Shown here piece by piece: positions 19,380-30,249 of a stretch of 64,000 nt of DNA. Source of the DNA: Nitrospira sp. (GTDB lineage: Bacteria; Nitrospirota; Nitrospiria; Nitrospirales; Nitrospiraceae); the NCBI GenBank assembly GCA_047150005.1, contig AP038806.1, forward strand, positions 960,001 to 1,024,000. The letters run 5' to 3'. Every line of letters starts with the position of its first letter. The stretch's first letter is position 1. Both the position numbers and the translations under genes were made by a program. The notes beneath the pieces were generated by a model, which was given only the letters and a program-made list of their open reading frames with translations, was not told the origin of the DNA and searched no databases.

Positions 19380-21024
19380 GGGGGACCGGCTGCGCCGGCG
19401 CTTTCGCCGGCGCGTCGAACCATCGATCTTTCGGCACGACCTTGGGGGAATCCGGATCGCCCTCGTAGGCGGGCGTCATGATCTGCACGCCATGCTCATT
19501 GAAGAGATCGAGAATGTTCCGGTGCAACGCCGTATAGAGCTCGGGCATCGCTTGCGGGTTGTCGCAGTAGACGTTGAGTTCATAAGTCACGGCGAAATCG
19601 CCCAGCGCCTGCTGAAGCACAAAGGGCGGCGGCTCTTTGAGCAGACCGGCCGTACGCTCCGCCGCGATCCTGAGCATCGCTTCCACCTGCCTCCAGGCCA
19701 CTTCGTAGCCGATCCCCACTGTGGTGTGTAGAATCAGCCCCCGCGATTTCGCCAGGGTGTTGTAGTTGATGACGTGACTGTTCAGGATCAAGGAGTTCGG
19801 CACGATGACCTCTTCGTTTTTGATCGTCCGGAGATGCGTCACCATCAACCGCATCTCCACAACCTCTCCCTCGATATCCTCGACCTTGATCCTATCCCCC
19901 AACCGGTACGCCCGCCTGTAGGTCATCGTATAGCCGGCGATCATGTTGGAGATGAAGGAGGACGAGCCGATCGAGACGATCACTCCCAGGAAAATCGAGA
20001 TCCCTTTGAAGGCTTCCGATTGTGATCCGGGGATGTAGGGATAGGCCACCACCAGCCCGAAGGCGACGATCAGCATCCTGGCGATCCGATAAGTGGGCAT
20101 CGCCCACTCACGCTCGAACCCCGTCAGCGTCATGGTGCCGTGGTCAATGCCGGTGAAGAACAGCCGCACCGCCTTGAGCCCGTAGCGGAACACGGTGACC
20201 AGGATCACGAGAAAGATCAGATTCGGCAGCGTGTCGAGGAATGCCGCCCCCATGGTGCGCAGCGGGTCCAGCAACACCGCAAAGAGCCGCCTGGCCAGAG
20301 GCCTCGTCCAGGGATATAACCCGAGGACGAGATTCAAATACATATAGCCGACGACGACCAATGCTCCGATGCGGAGCCCATCGACCACCTTGTGCAAGAG
20401 CGTGCGCACGCGCTTGGCCTGAACGAGCTGGAACGACTGGGCTGCCAGCCCTTCAATCCGAGCCCGGAAACGGCGCTCTGCCGCCGCGTCGAACCATCGG
20501 AACCCCCGGCGGAGGACCAGCACGACGCCGATGAGGATGATCGTCGCCACCCCGGCGTACGCGGTGTCGATCAGCAGAACCCGAGAGCTCCGTTCATGTC
20601 GGTAGGAGACGACGGCTTCGGCGACTCTTGCGCGAATGCTCTCCGCGAGAATCTGCCGGGAGACGCCTTCGAGTTTCGCATCGCCGTCAAACACGCTCAC
20701 CACGAAGCGGTCTCCGGCGAGAATGGTCGAACGGTCTTCCGCCTCTTCGACGTGAATCGCGTGGGGTTGAATCACGGGATCCGCCGCGATCGCATGCATG
20801 CGGGCCGTGATGTTCTGGGCGCGGCGATCGGCCGGGTACGCGGTCACCCCATGGACGCGGAAGAGGACCTCCCCGTCCATCGAGACCGTCGCCACCGTCT
20901 GCGTCGGCATGGCATCGAGATCAAATGCGGCAGGAGGAGGGGAAGCGTTGGATGCGGCAGGCGTCGCCGTGCTCGGACAGGCGAGAAGGGCGACACAGGC
21001 GAGAACCGAGGCTCTCAGAGTCAT
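19369..21024 (-). CDS. MscS family mechanosensitive channel
   Basis: [27 protein letters not shown] and VGIGY. Confidence 0.9.
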   Translation of the reverse strand: MTLRASVLACVALLACPSTATPAASNASPPPAAFDLDAMPTQTVATVSMDGEVLFRVHGVTAYPADRRAQNITARMHAIAADPVIQPHAIHVEEAEDRSTILAGDRFVVSVFDGDAKLEGVSRQILAESIRARVAEAVVSYRHERSSRVLLIDTAYAGVATIILIGVVLVLRRGFRWFDAAAERRFRARIEGLAAQSFQLVQAKRVRTLLHKVVDGLRIGALVVVGYMYLNLVLGLYPWTRPLARRLFAVLLDPLRTMGAAFLDTLPNLIFLVILVTVFRYGLKAVRLFFTGIDHGTMTLTGFEREWAMPTYRIARMLIVAFGLVVAYPYIPGSQSEAFKGISIFLGVIVSIGSSSFISNMIAGYTMTYRRAYRLGDRIKVEDIEGEVVEMRLMVTHLRTIKNEEVIVPNSLILNSHVINYNTLAKSRGLILHTTVGIGYEVAWRQVEAMLRIAAERTAGLLKEPPPFVLQQALGDFAVTYELNVYCDNPQAMPELYTALHRNILDLFNEHGVQIMTPAYEGDPDSPKVVPKDRWFDAPAKAPAQPVPPTS

Positions 21025-21039
21025 GATCGATCGACTCCC

Positions 21040-21537
21040 CTAGTTCTGAGGCGCCGACCCGAGAGGCATGTCGACCTCGCCTTTCTCGTCAAACGGCAAT
21101 TTGAAGCTGCTCGGAGAGTCGACGAAGGCGGTCCCCTTGAGTCGGTAGACGAGCTTGTTCTCGGCCGAACCTCCAGAACTCCCGAGGTTCTGGACCTGGC
21201 GCAAGAAGCTTCCCAGGCTGGTGATGACTTCGACGTTGATGACTTCCGACCCGAACCGCGGCACCTTGACCCGCTCACCCGACATGCCGTTGCCGAACTC
21301 CTTGCCGTTGAGTTCGATCTCGCACCGCAGTCCGTTGATGCCCAACTCTTTGTCGTTGGGGTTCTGAATCCGCAGCTGGACATCGAACCGCTGCTCAAAC
21401 AGGGCGAGGTCCTTGGGCGCGATGTTGGCGATGCTGATTTTTGGCGGCTCAATGTCGCGCGGCACGGTCGCGCAGCCCGATGCCAGGAGCGACGTGAGCA
21501 ACCAGCACATGAGCCATCCGGTCCGCATTCGTGCCAT
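21040..21537 (-). CDS. LEA_2/WHy domain lipoprotein
   Basis: Lipobox LASGC; LFEQRFDVQLRIQNPND. Confidence 0.85.
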   Translation of the reverse strand: MARMRTGWLMCWLLTSLLASGCATVPRDIEPPKISIANIAPKDLALFEQRFDVQLRIQNPNDKELGINGLRCEIELNGKEFGNGMSGERVKVPRFGSEVINVEVITSLGSFLRQVQNLGSSGGSAENKLVYRLKGTAFVDSPSSFKLPFDEKGEVDMPLGSAPQN

Positions 21538-21593
21538 GATGGAGATCCCTTTTGTTTCGCCCCTCCGAGAGGAGCGGGGCGGTGCCTCCCGCG

Positions 21594-22025
21594 TCACTTC
21601 ATCAGAGTGGTCAACAGGCCCTGGGCCTGTTCTCCGCCCGCCGCGCCGACGTAGTCGGACAAGACCTTGGAAAACTTCCCAACCTTCTCCCAACTCATGC
21701 CGAGCTTGTGGTAGGCGGCCTGCAGTCCGGCCTGATCATTGATCGGACCGGTGACGGCCCCGAGGTCTTTGGCTGCTTTCATGTAGGTCTCCGTTCCGGG
21801 GATATACTTGGTCAACGTCTCGAAGTCCGGAGCTTTGAGCTTTTCCTTCGCCAGCGTCAGGGTGGATCCCAGCCCTCCCTTGGCCTGATTGGGCGTCACG
21901 TCCAATTGGCTGGTGAGGATCTTCACCAATGGATCCGTTAATCCTTTCGTCTCCATGCCGGAGCAGCCCGCCCCTGCGAGAAATGCACAGACCAAGAAAC
22001 CCGTCAGAACGATGGAACGATGCAT
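21594..22025 (-). CDS. DUF2780-like lipoprotein
   Basis: Lipobox AGAGC; LTSQLDVTPNQAKGGLGS; AGGAGG RBS. Confidence 0.75.
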   Translation of the reverse strand: MHRSIVLTGFLVCAFLAGAGCSGMETKGLTDPLVKILTSQLDVTPNQAKGGLGSTLTLAKEKLKAPDFETLTKYIPGTETYMKAAKDLGAVTGPINDQAGLQAAYHKLGMSWEKVGKFSKVLSDYVGAAGGEQAQGLLTTLMK

Positions 22026-22272
22026 ACGATGCCTCCTTTCACATTCGCCGGCTGCATCCTTCGATGCCGGCACGACGATGACACGACCATGGAACTCCGC
22101 AGCGATTTTCGACTCCTGTCGCTCCGCCCGTCGCGAGGACCTATGCCGTCACCTTTGTCCAGGACCAGACCAGCCTGGTCCGCCGAACCGGGCTGATAGT
22201 CCAGCCACGTTATACAGCGAGCTATCCCAACGGCCTACTGTCAAATTTGACAGGGGTCTCGAGCAGAAAGAG

Positions 22273-22662
22273 TCAGCAGGGAATATCGACGGCGGGATCG
22301 CAGAGCAACGGAGGAATCGTCTGTGGGCGCGTGAGCGATGCGGGGGGCGTGAGACTCCCGCCCGGCGTGCCGTTGAGGGGAGGACCGCCGGGAAACCCGG
22401 GCAAGCCGCGGCCGACCGTACCGAACGACTTCCCGATGCTGGAACTCACCTCGGTGTTGATTCCCGGCGCAACCTGGGACGGCGTGATACCTCCGGCAGG
22501 ACCGGCTGTCCCCGCCGCGGACAGGGCCGTCGACTGCTGGGACAGCGGGACGACGCTCTGCGTGCCGTTCAAAGACGGGGAAGTGGTCTGTGCCGTGCCG
22601 AGCGACGGCAAGCCGAGCAGCAGAGCGATCAGCACGAGCAGCCGGTTGATCAAAACCTGCAT
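22273..22662 (-). CDS. Hypothetical exported Pro/Gly-rich protein
   Basis: Signal peptide; directly downstream of the heme protein gene; ends LLCDPAVDIPC. Confidence 0.65.
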   Translation of the reverse strand: MQVLINRLLVLIALLLGLPSLGTAQTTSPSLNGTQSVVPLSQQSTALSAAGTAGPAGGITPSQVAPGINTEVSSSIGKSFGTVGRGLPGFPGGPPLNGTPGGSLTPPASLTRPQTIPPLLCDPAVDIPC

Positions 22663-22666
22663 GCGG

Positions 22667-23314
22667 TCACCGGACCCAGGGCGGTGCGGTTGTCGGTGGA
22701 GGCGTCATCCGCTCGAGCGTGCCCGGCGCCCGTTTCGGCGGTTCTGCCGGGAGCGGCAAGCTTTCCGAACCTCTATCGCGCTTGAGACGGACGACGAGAG
22801 CGCCCATGACATCCCAGCGCTGGAAATTCCTGCGCGACGAACGAGGATGCCGATTGTGGCAATCGACGCAGGACTGGACCAAGGCCAAGTCGGCCGAGAG
22901 GGCTTTGAACTGATCGCCGTCCATAAAACCGACGAATCGCCGTTCCCGGTTCTTTTCCAACTGAATCAGCGCATCCGCCTCCGCGGCCGTCTTGGGTCGG
23001 TTGGCGGGATTCAGCGGCGCCAGGCCGATGAGCCCGATCTCGAACCCGTCTACTTGATCCGCCGCCCCTTTCACGAATTGGGCCGGAAGAGGCAGGAGAT
23101 GGGCGTTCTTCTCCCAGTCCTCCTGCGGCGTGAGGCCGCTCCCCTTGGTATGTTCGACGACTTGGAGCACGTAGGCGGTGCGGAAGGCCTTGACGACCTC
23201 CAGAATGTAGCGGGCGGTGGTTTCAAACGACGGCTCCGCAGCGCTCACGGTCCAACCAAGCACCGTCAGCAGCCCGGCCAGACTGACCCCTGCACCCCAA
23301 TGCAGCTGTCGCAT
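22667..23314 (-). CDS. Second DUF3365-like c-type heme protein
   Basis: LPLPAQF, CVDCH and DVMGAL; paralog of 12309-12902. Confidence 0.85.
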   Translation of the reverse strand: MRQLHWGAGVSLAGLLTVLGWTVSAAEPSFETTARYILEVVKAFRTAYVLQVVEHTKGSGLTPQEDWEKNAHLLPLPAQFVKGAADQVDGFEIGLIGLAPLNPANRPKTAAEADALIQLEKNRERRFVGFMDGDQFKALSADLALVQSCVDCHNRHPRSSRRNFQRWDVMGALVVRLKRDRGSESLPLPAEPPKRAPGTLERMTPPPTTAPPWVR

Positions 23315-23486
23315 GACAGGAATCCCCGAGATCGACGAATCCCGATGTCGGCAGGTTTGAACCCAGCGGGCAGCCTACCCGATCCAATTATGACCCGTCA
23401 ATCCACAAGCGCTGAGAAACGTCAGTGCGAGAGCCTCGTCACGCGTTTCGCTCCGGCCGTCCGCCCGCGGACCACAGGCCGTCGCC

Positions 23487-25103
23487 CTAGGCTCCTCTTC
23501 GATTCGTCCGTCGCTCACCGACCCCCAGATGGACGGCGGCAATGTCGAGTTCCTGCTCTAACCGGTGAAGGACATCGTCGCTGATCGTCCCGTCGTTTCG
23601 CAGAGCGATCAGAGCCATTCGCTCAGCCGTCAGGACTTCATGGTGAAGGCGCTGGAACGATTCGATCGAATCACCTTCAATCTGCAGTCGTGACACGCCC
23701 AATCGGGAATATCCCACCAACCGCCGGCTGTATTGATGACGCAATCGTTCAACCTGGTCTTCCGGGATTCCCTCCTCCCCGATCAGTTGGTCGAGTCGAG
23801 TCAGCGCCGCGGTGGCCGCATGCTCCCGCGCCAGACTCTCTTCGTGCTCCAACCCATGGTCGTCCTCGAGTCTCAGCAGCCGGATGAGCGGGGGGAGGGA
23901 CAGACCTTGGACCACCAGCGTCGCAAGAATCACCATGAAACTGATCAGAATAATTTCCGCTCGAAATGGAAACGGTGCGCCCGCGGCCGTCGTCACCGGT
24001 AACGCCAAGGCGGCGGCAAGCGTCACGATCCCTCTCATACCGGTCCAGGAAATCAGAAAGATGCTCGACCAGGGGGGCATCGGGTCCCGCGCGCGCAACG
24101 CGGGGCTCAACCATCGAGGAACGAGGGCTCCCAAGGGAACCCACAGAATTCGCACGACGATCGCGGTGAGACCGATCAACGCTCCGGCCAGCACGATGGG
24201 CCCCAACCGCCCCGCGGGCAACGCTTCCCGCAAGGCGCCGAGTTCCAATCCGATCAGGATAAAGATGACCCCATTCAGAAGAAAGACCAACAGATTCCAG
24301 ACAGCCTTTGCCTGAATCCGAGTCGAAGGCGCGACGGCACTACTGAACTGCTGCCGCATGTAGACGCCTCCCGCGACGCAGGCCAGCACCGCCGAGGCAT
24401 CGACCGATTCACCCAAGACCCAGGCGATGTAGGGGGACAGCAACGTAATGGCAATGTGCGTAAAGGCGTCTTCGGTGGCGCAGAGCGACCAGCGCGCTAG
24501 CCATGCGACGCCGATCCCGATGGCCACGCCGGCGATCGCCGCGAAGAAGAATTCCAGAACTGCGTGCCCCATGAGAAACGACCCGCTGACCGCCGCGCTG
24601 ACGGCGGCCCGATACAACACCAGGGCCGTGGCGTCGTTCACGAGACTTTCCCCCTCCAGAATCGTGACGACTCGACGGGGAATGCGCAGCCTCCTGCTGA
24701 TGGCCGTGGCGGAGACCGCGTCCGGCGGAGACACGATGGCGCCCAACGCGATCGCTTCGGCCCATCCCATGCCGGGCAGCAAGGCACGGGCCACTGCCGC
24801 GATGGATGCGGTCGTCACCAACACCAACCCAACGGCCAGCAACAAGATCGGACGCAGGTTGAGGCGAAAATCCCGCAACGACGTAAAGTAGGCGGCGGCC
24901 CACAGGATCGGCGGCAGGAACACGAGGAAGACGAGATCGGGATTGAGCGATACCCTAGGAAGGCCGGGAATCACACCCAGTGCGAGACCGCCGATCACAA
25001 GCAGAATCGGATACGGAATCCGGATCTTTTCGGCGATCGTCGTGAGGGCGAGGACCGCGGCGAGCAGCAAGATGATGACTTCGAGTTGATGGAGATTCTG
25101 CAT
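23487..25103 (-). CDS. CPA1 family Na+/H+ antiporter (YjcE/NhaP-like)
   Basis: FLPPIL, SPPDAV, EGESLVNDA and WTGMRGIVTLAAAL. Confidence 0.93.
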   Translation of the reverse strand: MQNLHQLEVIILLLAAVLALTTIAEKIRIPYPILLVIGGLALGVIPGLPRVSLNPDLVFLVFLPPILWAAAYFTSLRDFRLNLRPILLLAVGLVLVTTASIAAVARALLPGMGWAEAIALGAIVSPPDAVSATAISRRLRIPRRVVTILEGESLVNDATALVLYRAAVSAAVSGSFLMGHAVLEFFFAAIAGVAIGIGVAWLARWSLCATEDAFTHIAITLLSPYIAWVLGESVDASAVLACVAGGVYMRQQFSSAVAPSTRIQAKAVWNLLVFLLNGVIFILIGLELGALREALPAGRLGPIVLAGALIGLTAIVVRILWVPLGALVPRWLSPALRARDPMPPWSSIFLISWTGMRGIVTLAAALALPVTTAAGAPFPFRAEIILISFMVILATLVVQGLSLPPLIRLLRLEDDHGLEHEESLAREHAATAALTRLDQLIGEEGIPEDQVERLRHQYSRRLVGYSRLGVSRLQIEGDSIESFQRLHHEVLTAERMALIALRNDGTISDDVLHRLEQELDIAAVHLGVGERRTNRRGA

Positions 25104-25341
25104 GCACGACCTCGAAGGCAGGGCCGATGATGTTCTCCGTCCTGCGACGAAGCACCCGGCGCCCAAACCGGCCTGTGACGCCGCCGCTGCGCAACCCGTC
25201 CGTCAGCCGGGGCGGCGGGTACGGTCGGCCGGAGGACCGGGCTGAGCTGCTATAGCAAGGAGGACGGGAGGAAGCAAGGTCGAGAGGAACGGAGCGATCC
25301 ACCCCGCCGGACGGATCGTCCCTGACCGGCCTGTGTCTGAG

Positions 25342-25845
25342 CTAGAGATGGAACGAGGCGCGGATCTGGCGAACGAGCTGCTCCGGGGTGTCGGCTGCAT
25401 CGAGGAGGAGGGCATCCTGCGGCTCTTCGAGAGTCTGCAGCTGACTTTCGAGCAATGGGACCTTCATAAAGTGATCAGCACGGTGGAGCAGACGCTCTTG
25501 GAGCATCAGAGGCGAGGCCTTCAGATACACCAGATGGACCAGCCGCCGACGGCCGTCCAGCACAAAATTTCGATAGGCAGCTTTCAGCAAGGAGCAGGCC
25601 AGAACAACCTGTTTTCTCTCCGCCGTCCAACCGTCGATCGCGCTCCGTATCCGCTCAAGCCAAGGATACCGATCGGAGTCGGTCAGCGGTTGACCGGTTG
25701 ACATCTTTTCAATGTTGAATTGGGAATGAAAGGAATCGCCGTCGATGAAGGTCCAATTCAGCTGCTGCGCGAGCTTCAGGCCGACGGTGGTCTTGCCGGC
25801 CCCTGCAACACCCATCACGATGATGACGCGCCCCTCTGCCGGCAT
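25342..25845 (-). CDS. gntK: Gluconokinase
   Basis: MGVAGAGKTT, DGDSFH, PLTDSDRYPWL and HFM..LLESQLQTLEEP. Confidence 0.92.
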   Translation of the reverse strand: MPAEGRVIIVMGVAGAGKTTVGLKLAQQLNWTFIDGDSFHSQFNIEKMSTGQPLTDSDRYPWLERIRSAIDGWTAERKQVVLACSLLKAAYRNFVLDGRRRLVHLVYLKASPLMLQERLLHRADHFMKVPLLESQLQTLEEPQDALLLDAADTPEQLVRQIRASFHL

Positions 25846-26056
25846 GATCCGATGATACGTTGGTCGCCCCGCCTATTCATCCGTTCGCGGAGGTCGTGCT
25901 GCTCGAACCGCCGAGCCCCCTGGATCACCCTGCATACCCAAGTACGCAACCCCGAGATTCGGGCTGACGATTTCCGCGACTATGGCCTCGACGACCTCGA
26001 ACAAACCGCGTTGCGCCAGCATGCCGCTGAGAGGCCGTCCACTTCCATATGGCGCA

Positions 26057-26638
26057 TCACCGCCGACGTGCGCGCCGTCGGGACGCAAGAAAACACCGTG
26101 CGGTGTGGTCATTGACCATACCGACCGCCTGCATGTATGCGTAGATAATCGTGCTGCCGACGAAGCGGAACCCCCGTCGTTTGAGATCCTTGGACAGTGC
26201 ATCGCTTTCCGTCGTCGATGTCGGGATCTTGCGGAGCGAGGTTCGCCGGCCTTGCTCTGGGACGCTCCCGACGAAGCGCCAGACGTAGGCGTCGAACGAC
26301 CCGAACTCCCGCTGGACCGCCAAGAATGCCCGTGCGTTCGTAACGGCGGAGTCGATTTTCAGACGATTGCGGATGATGCGGACATCTTTGAGAAGCGCCG
26401 CCCGCTTTCGAGCATCGAACCGCGCCACTTTGGCAGGATTGAACCGAGCAAATGCCCGCCGATAGCCCTCACGGCGGAGCAGGATGGTTTCCCAGGACAG
26501 ACCGGCTTGCGCCCCCTCCAGTTGCAACATCTCGAAGTGCGTTTGGTCATCGTGAACCGGCCTGCCCCACTCGTCATCGTGATAACGGATCAGGTGTGGT
26601 TTCTCGCCGACCCATTCGCAGCGGACTCGGGGCGCCAT
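26057..26638 (-). CDS. tag: DNA-3-methyladenine glycosylase I
   Basis: RCEW, YHDDEWG, LEGAQAGLSW and NDHTARC. Confidence 0.95.
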   Translation of the reverse strand: MAPRVRCEWVGEKPHLIRYHDDEWGRPVHDDQTHFEMLQLEGAQAGLSWETILLRREGYRRAFARFNPAKVARFDARKRAALLKDVRIIRNRLKIDSAVTNARAFLAVQREFGSFDAYVWRFVGSVPEQGRRTSLRKIPTSTTESDALSKDLKRRGFRFVGSTIIYAYMQAVGMVNDHTARCFLASRRRARRR

Positions 26639-26645
26639 CGACGGC

Positions 26646-27104
26646 TTAATCGATGATCTCAACCTTTTTCCCCGTCGACTTCGCGCGCCCAAGACAGTCC
26701 GTGTCCGCTACGGAGCAGCGAAGCGTATCCAGCTCCGATTCATCCACGATTTCGACTTTCTTCCCCTGCGCCTTCGCCTGTTTGAGACAGCTCGTATCCG
26801 TCGCCACGCACTTGACGGAATCAGCCGGAGGGGCCGTGACCACGTTCACTTGCTTCCCCTGCTCCTTGGCCCGTTTCAGGCACTCCTGATCCGTCGCCAC
26901 GCACTGAGCCGTCTCTTCCGTCTTGTTGAGCCCCTTATCGATCGTTTGGTCGATGCGCTGGTTCACGCGGTCCCGTGTCTTGCGTTCAGCGCTGCCCTTC
27001 GCCTTGTCGAAGAGTCCTTCGATGATGCCCTCTGCCTGCACGGCCGATGCCCCGTACAACAGACCGCACAACATGAACATTCCCAGTCGACGGCTTACCA
27101 TCAT
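26646..27104 (-). CDS. Hypothetical exported protein with three Cys-pair repeats
   Basis: Signal peptide; CxxxDxxCLxxAKxxGKxV occurs three times. Confidence 0.75.
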   Translation of the reverse strand: MMVSRRLGMFMLCGLLYGASAVQAEGIIEGLFDKAKGSAERKTRDRVNQRIDQTIDKGLNKTEETAQCVATDQECLKRAKEQGKQVNVVTAPPADSVKCVATDTSCLKQAKAQGKKVEIVDESELDTLRCSVADTDCLGRAKSTGKKVEIID

Positions 27105-27358
27105 CTTCCCTCCTTCTGCTCCAGCGTGAATGGAGGAATTTCTGCCAGCAGCGCCACTCTACCATATCGTTTTGGCGTAGAAACAGACAGGACCCCGGAT
27201 GTCGCTCCGACAGAACCCACCGGGAGCCGCGCGATGGGACCCGCAGTCCGATTCGCAACAGCCGGTTTGTCCGCCGTCGGGGCTCCGAATTGGAGTGTGC
27301 GTTCTCGCGTTCGGTAAGGGCAGGCAGTGCTAGACCGGCACGGGCACCGGGGGATCAG

Positions 27359-27715
27359 CTAAAATTGAACGTAATGATAGGGACCAAACGTACGTCGGCA
27401 ACCGACCAGAAAATATTCGCCGACCGATGGGACCTGAACGGGCTTGACCCAGCGGACGTCAAAGACCAACAGCGTCTTTCGCCCGAGCCCTTGGGATGTA
27501 TGCACTTCCAGCATCTTGGTCGGCATCGGAGCGCGGTCCATAAGGAGAAGGATTCCCTCCCGACTGTGATCAAGCGCGACGGTTTCTCCCACTTGAGTGG
27601 TCGAAGAGAATTCGCCCGGCGACTCACTGGCCTCATAGGAACAGTGCTTCCACTGCTCTACACGCGGCTCCCGACGACGTTCCCCTTCGTCCTTTGGGGC
27701 CGCACTGACGCGCAC
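27359..27715 (-). CDS. PilZ-like domain protein (start uncertain)
   Basis: RREPR (RxxxR) and DHSREG (D/NxSxxG) motifs. Confidence 0.55.
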   Translation of the reverse strand: MRVSAAPKDEGERRREPRVEQWKHCSYEASESPGEFSSTTQVGETVALDHSREGILLLMDRAPMPTKMLEVHTSQGLGRKTLLVFDVRWVKPVQVPSVGEYFLVGCRRTFGPYHYVQF

Positions 27716-28175
27716 CGAGCCGCGCCGTAATCCGGGCTGGCGAACCGCCTGCTCGATGCGCACCCGATGCCGGTCAAAAAAATCACTGATCACGGTGTTG
27801 CTACCGTCTCTCTTTAGACGGGGGATTATGCCGCATTCAAACCGGTCAAGCAACCCTCGCCGACGAGGGGATGAACCGACCGCCTCACCCTCTCGGCGAG
27901 TGTTAGTGGTACCGAACTCTGCGCTCGGCAATTCATCCATGCGGAGAGGATCCGGTCTTGTTGTCTCGACAAGCGGACTCGCGGGGAGGCATCATTTGTG
28001 GTAGCGTGACCGCAAACCTGCACGCCGTGACAGGGGGACTGACTTGACCAATCGATTGTCGTCCTGCCATGAACCTGATACAGGGGAACGCGCGAATACC
28101 GGAAACGACGACGCGGAACGGCATCGAGCACTGAGGCTGGATAGAGCGCAAGCCCTTGAAACAAGGAGATCCCAC

Positions 28176-29033
28176 ATGACCCAACCGACCGCTCAACAGG
28201 TGATCGACTCACAGCGACAGGACTGGAATCGCGTGGCCTCCGGGTGGGAGAAATGGGACCAGTTCTTCGAGGACCAAATGGCCTATGTGAACCACCGCCT
28301 GATCGGTGATGCCCGCATCAAACAGGGACAGCGAGTGCTGGATCTCGGATCCGGCACCGGTTATCCGGCACTCTTGGCGGCTGAAACGGTGGGGACGGCG
28401 GGAAATGTGACCGGCATGGACGTGGCCGAGCAGATGCTCGAGGCGGCTGGCCGCAAAGCGACGCGGTTGGGTCTTACCAATGTCACGTTCCAGCCGGGCG
28501 ATGTCACACATCTCCCATTCGACGCCGAGCTATTCGATGCCGTCACCAGCCGATTTTGCCTGATGTTTCTTCCGGAGATTCCCAAAGCCGCAGCAGAAAT
28601 CCGGCGGGTCTTGAAGCCCGGCGGATGGGTCGCGGCAGCTGTCTGGTCGACGGCCGACAAAAATCCTTCCATTCGCCTTGCCATGGAGACAATCAAAGAC
28701 GTCGTTTCCGTTCCACCGCCGGATCCATCCGCTCCTGGAATTTTCCGGCTGGCCAAACCCGGCGAGCTGGCCGACATGTTTCAGCGCACCGGATTGGTCG
28801 ATGTGGCGGACCAGGAATTCCTCGGTGAGTGGTCTTATGCCTCGGAAGATCACTATGTCAAAAGCCTGCTGGAGCTTGCCGCGCCGATCCAGAATCTCAT
28901 GGCGTCCCTCTCATCGACGCAGGTGGAGGAGATCACGCGCCGGTTGATCCGAACGGTCGCGGCTTACCGGCGCGGCGATCGGCTGACCTTCCCCATCGCG
29001 GCCCGGATAGTGGCGGGGCGAAAACCGTCATGA
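28176..29033 (+). CDS. Class I SAM-dependent methyltransferase (UbiE-like)
   Basis: VLDLGSGTG, LPFDAELFDAV and RVLKPGG; AAGGAG RBS. Confidence 0.92.
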   Translation: MTQPTAQQVIDSQRQDWNRVASGWEKWDQFFEDQMAYVNHRLIGDARIKQGQRVLDLGSGTGYPALLAAETVGTAGNVTGMDVAEQMLEAAGRKATRLGLTNVTFQPGDVTHLPFDAELFDAVTSRFCLMFLPEIPKAAAEIRRVLKPGGWVAAAVWSTADKNPSIRLAMETIKDVVSVPPPDPSAPGIFRLAKPGELADMFQRTGLVDVADQEFLGEWSYASEDHYVKSLLELAAPIQNLMASLSSTQVEEITRRLIRTVAAYRRGDRLTFPIAARIVAGRKPS

Positions 29034-29148
29034 GCCGCACCTGGTCGGTGCCGGTACCGATGGTGCTGACGCTGGACGAAATTCGCCGCGTTGCGTCTAT
29101 CTCCGACTCTGTGCCCGCCGCGCCCCGTACAACAGGGTCGGGGTCGTG

Positions 29149-29646
29149 ATGGACGCGAAGACGCACCGAGGGGTCTGCCGGCTGGTCGGATGGACCCTGT
29201 GCCTGCTTGTCGCCACGGCTTGGGCAGCGAACGATCCGGCGGTGCCGTTGCTCTGGCGCGAGATGAGCGACCAGGCCTCACAAGGGCGGCCCTTTCCGCC
29301 CAAGAAGCCCTGGGTCATCCGCGAACGGGAGATCGTCCTCGACCCCCAGCTCTTGGCGCTCTTGAAAAACGCCGCCGCGAGGCCAATTCCTCCGATTGCG
29401 ATCGACTTGTTTCACGGCCACGCCTATGAGCTCGATGTCAGTTCCAGCCTGGCACGTCTGTCGGACATCTCAACGGTGCGAGGCTCGCTGAAGCATGTGC
29501 CGAAGGGGAGTTGGTCGTTGATCATCAGCGGAAACGTGGTGAACGGCACGGTGCAGGTCGGAGACCGACTCTACAAAATTGAGCATGTGTTCAACGGACG
29601 ACATCGGCTTCTGGAAGTCGACCCGGCCAAGATGCCGCCGGACTAG
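29149..29646 (+). CDS. Hypothetical exported protein
   Basis: Signal peptide ending AWA; beta-rich mature part. Confidence 0.65.
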   Translation: MDAKTHRGVCRLVGWTLCLLVATAWAANDPAVPLLWREMSDQASQGRPFPPKKPWVIREREIVLDPQLLALLKNAAARPIPPIAIDLFHGHAYELDVSSSLARLSDISTVRGSLKHVPKGSWSLIISGNVVNGTVQVGDRLYKIEHVFNGRHRLLEVDPAKMPPD

Positions 29647-29691
29647 CCCCCAAGCGGGCGCGGTCCATCCAGCCGGGAGGAGCCACACATT

Positions 29692-30249
29692 ATGGCGACA
29701 CATCCCATGCTATGGACGATCGGCCATTCGACCAGATCGAGCGATGCATTCATGGCCGCCCTGCGCGCCTGGAGGATTGAGCAACTCGCAGATGTGCGGA
29801 GTATTCCTCGCTCGCGCCACAATCCGCAGTTCAACGCCGAGGCCCTGACCGCCGACATGACGCGGGCGGGCATGATCTACGTCAGAATGCCGGGACTCGG
29901 AGGCTTGCGGAAACCGTGGAAAGATTCGTTCAACAAGGGGTGGCGGAACGCCAGCTTTCGTGGGTATGCCGACTACATGCAAACCGATCAGTTCGCGACG
30001 TCACTGGAGGCGCTCATGACGGAGGCCGCTCGACGTCGTACCGCCATCATGTGCGCGGAAGCCGTCCCCTGGCGCTGCCATCGCCTCTTGATCGCCGACA
30101 CCCTGTTATCGCGGGGGTGGGCGGTTTACCACATCTTGTCGGACACCAATCTTCAACCGCACACACTGACCCCTTTCGCAAAGCTCGAATCCGGAACAGT
30201 GACCTACCCCGCACCGTCCAATTCCACCGAGACTCCATCTCTCTTCTAA
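29692..30249 (+). CDS. DUF488 family protein
   Basis: WTIGHSTR, DVRSIPRSR, LGGLR and MCAEAVPWRCHR. Confidence 0.92.
   Translation: MATHPMLWTIGHSTRSSDAFMAALRAWRIEQLADVRSIPRSRHNPQFNAEALTADMTRAGMIYVRMPGLGGLRKPWKDSFNKGWRNASFRGYADYMQTDQFATSLEALMTEAARRRTAIMCAEAVPWRCHRLLIADTLLSRGWAVYHILSDTNLQPHTLTPFAKLESGTVTYPAPSNSTETPSLF

Noticed and set aside
12982..23584. Long opposite-strand or alternate-frame ORFs (e.g. 12982-14292, 15558-16775, 17473-18660, 20392-21654, 22247-23584)
   Set aside because: Shadow ORFs of well-supported genes, expected in high-GC DNA.
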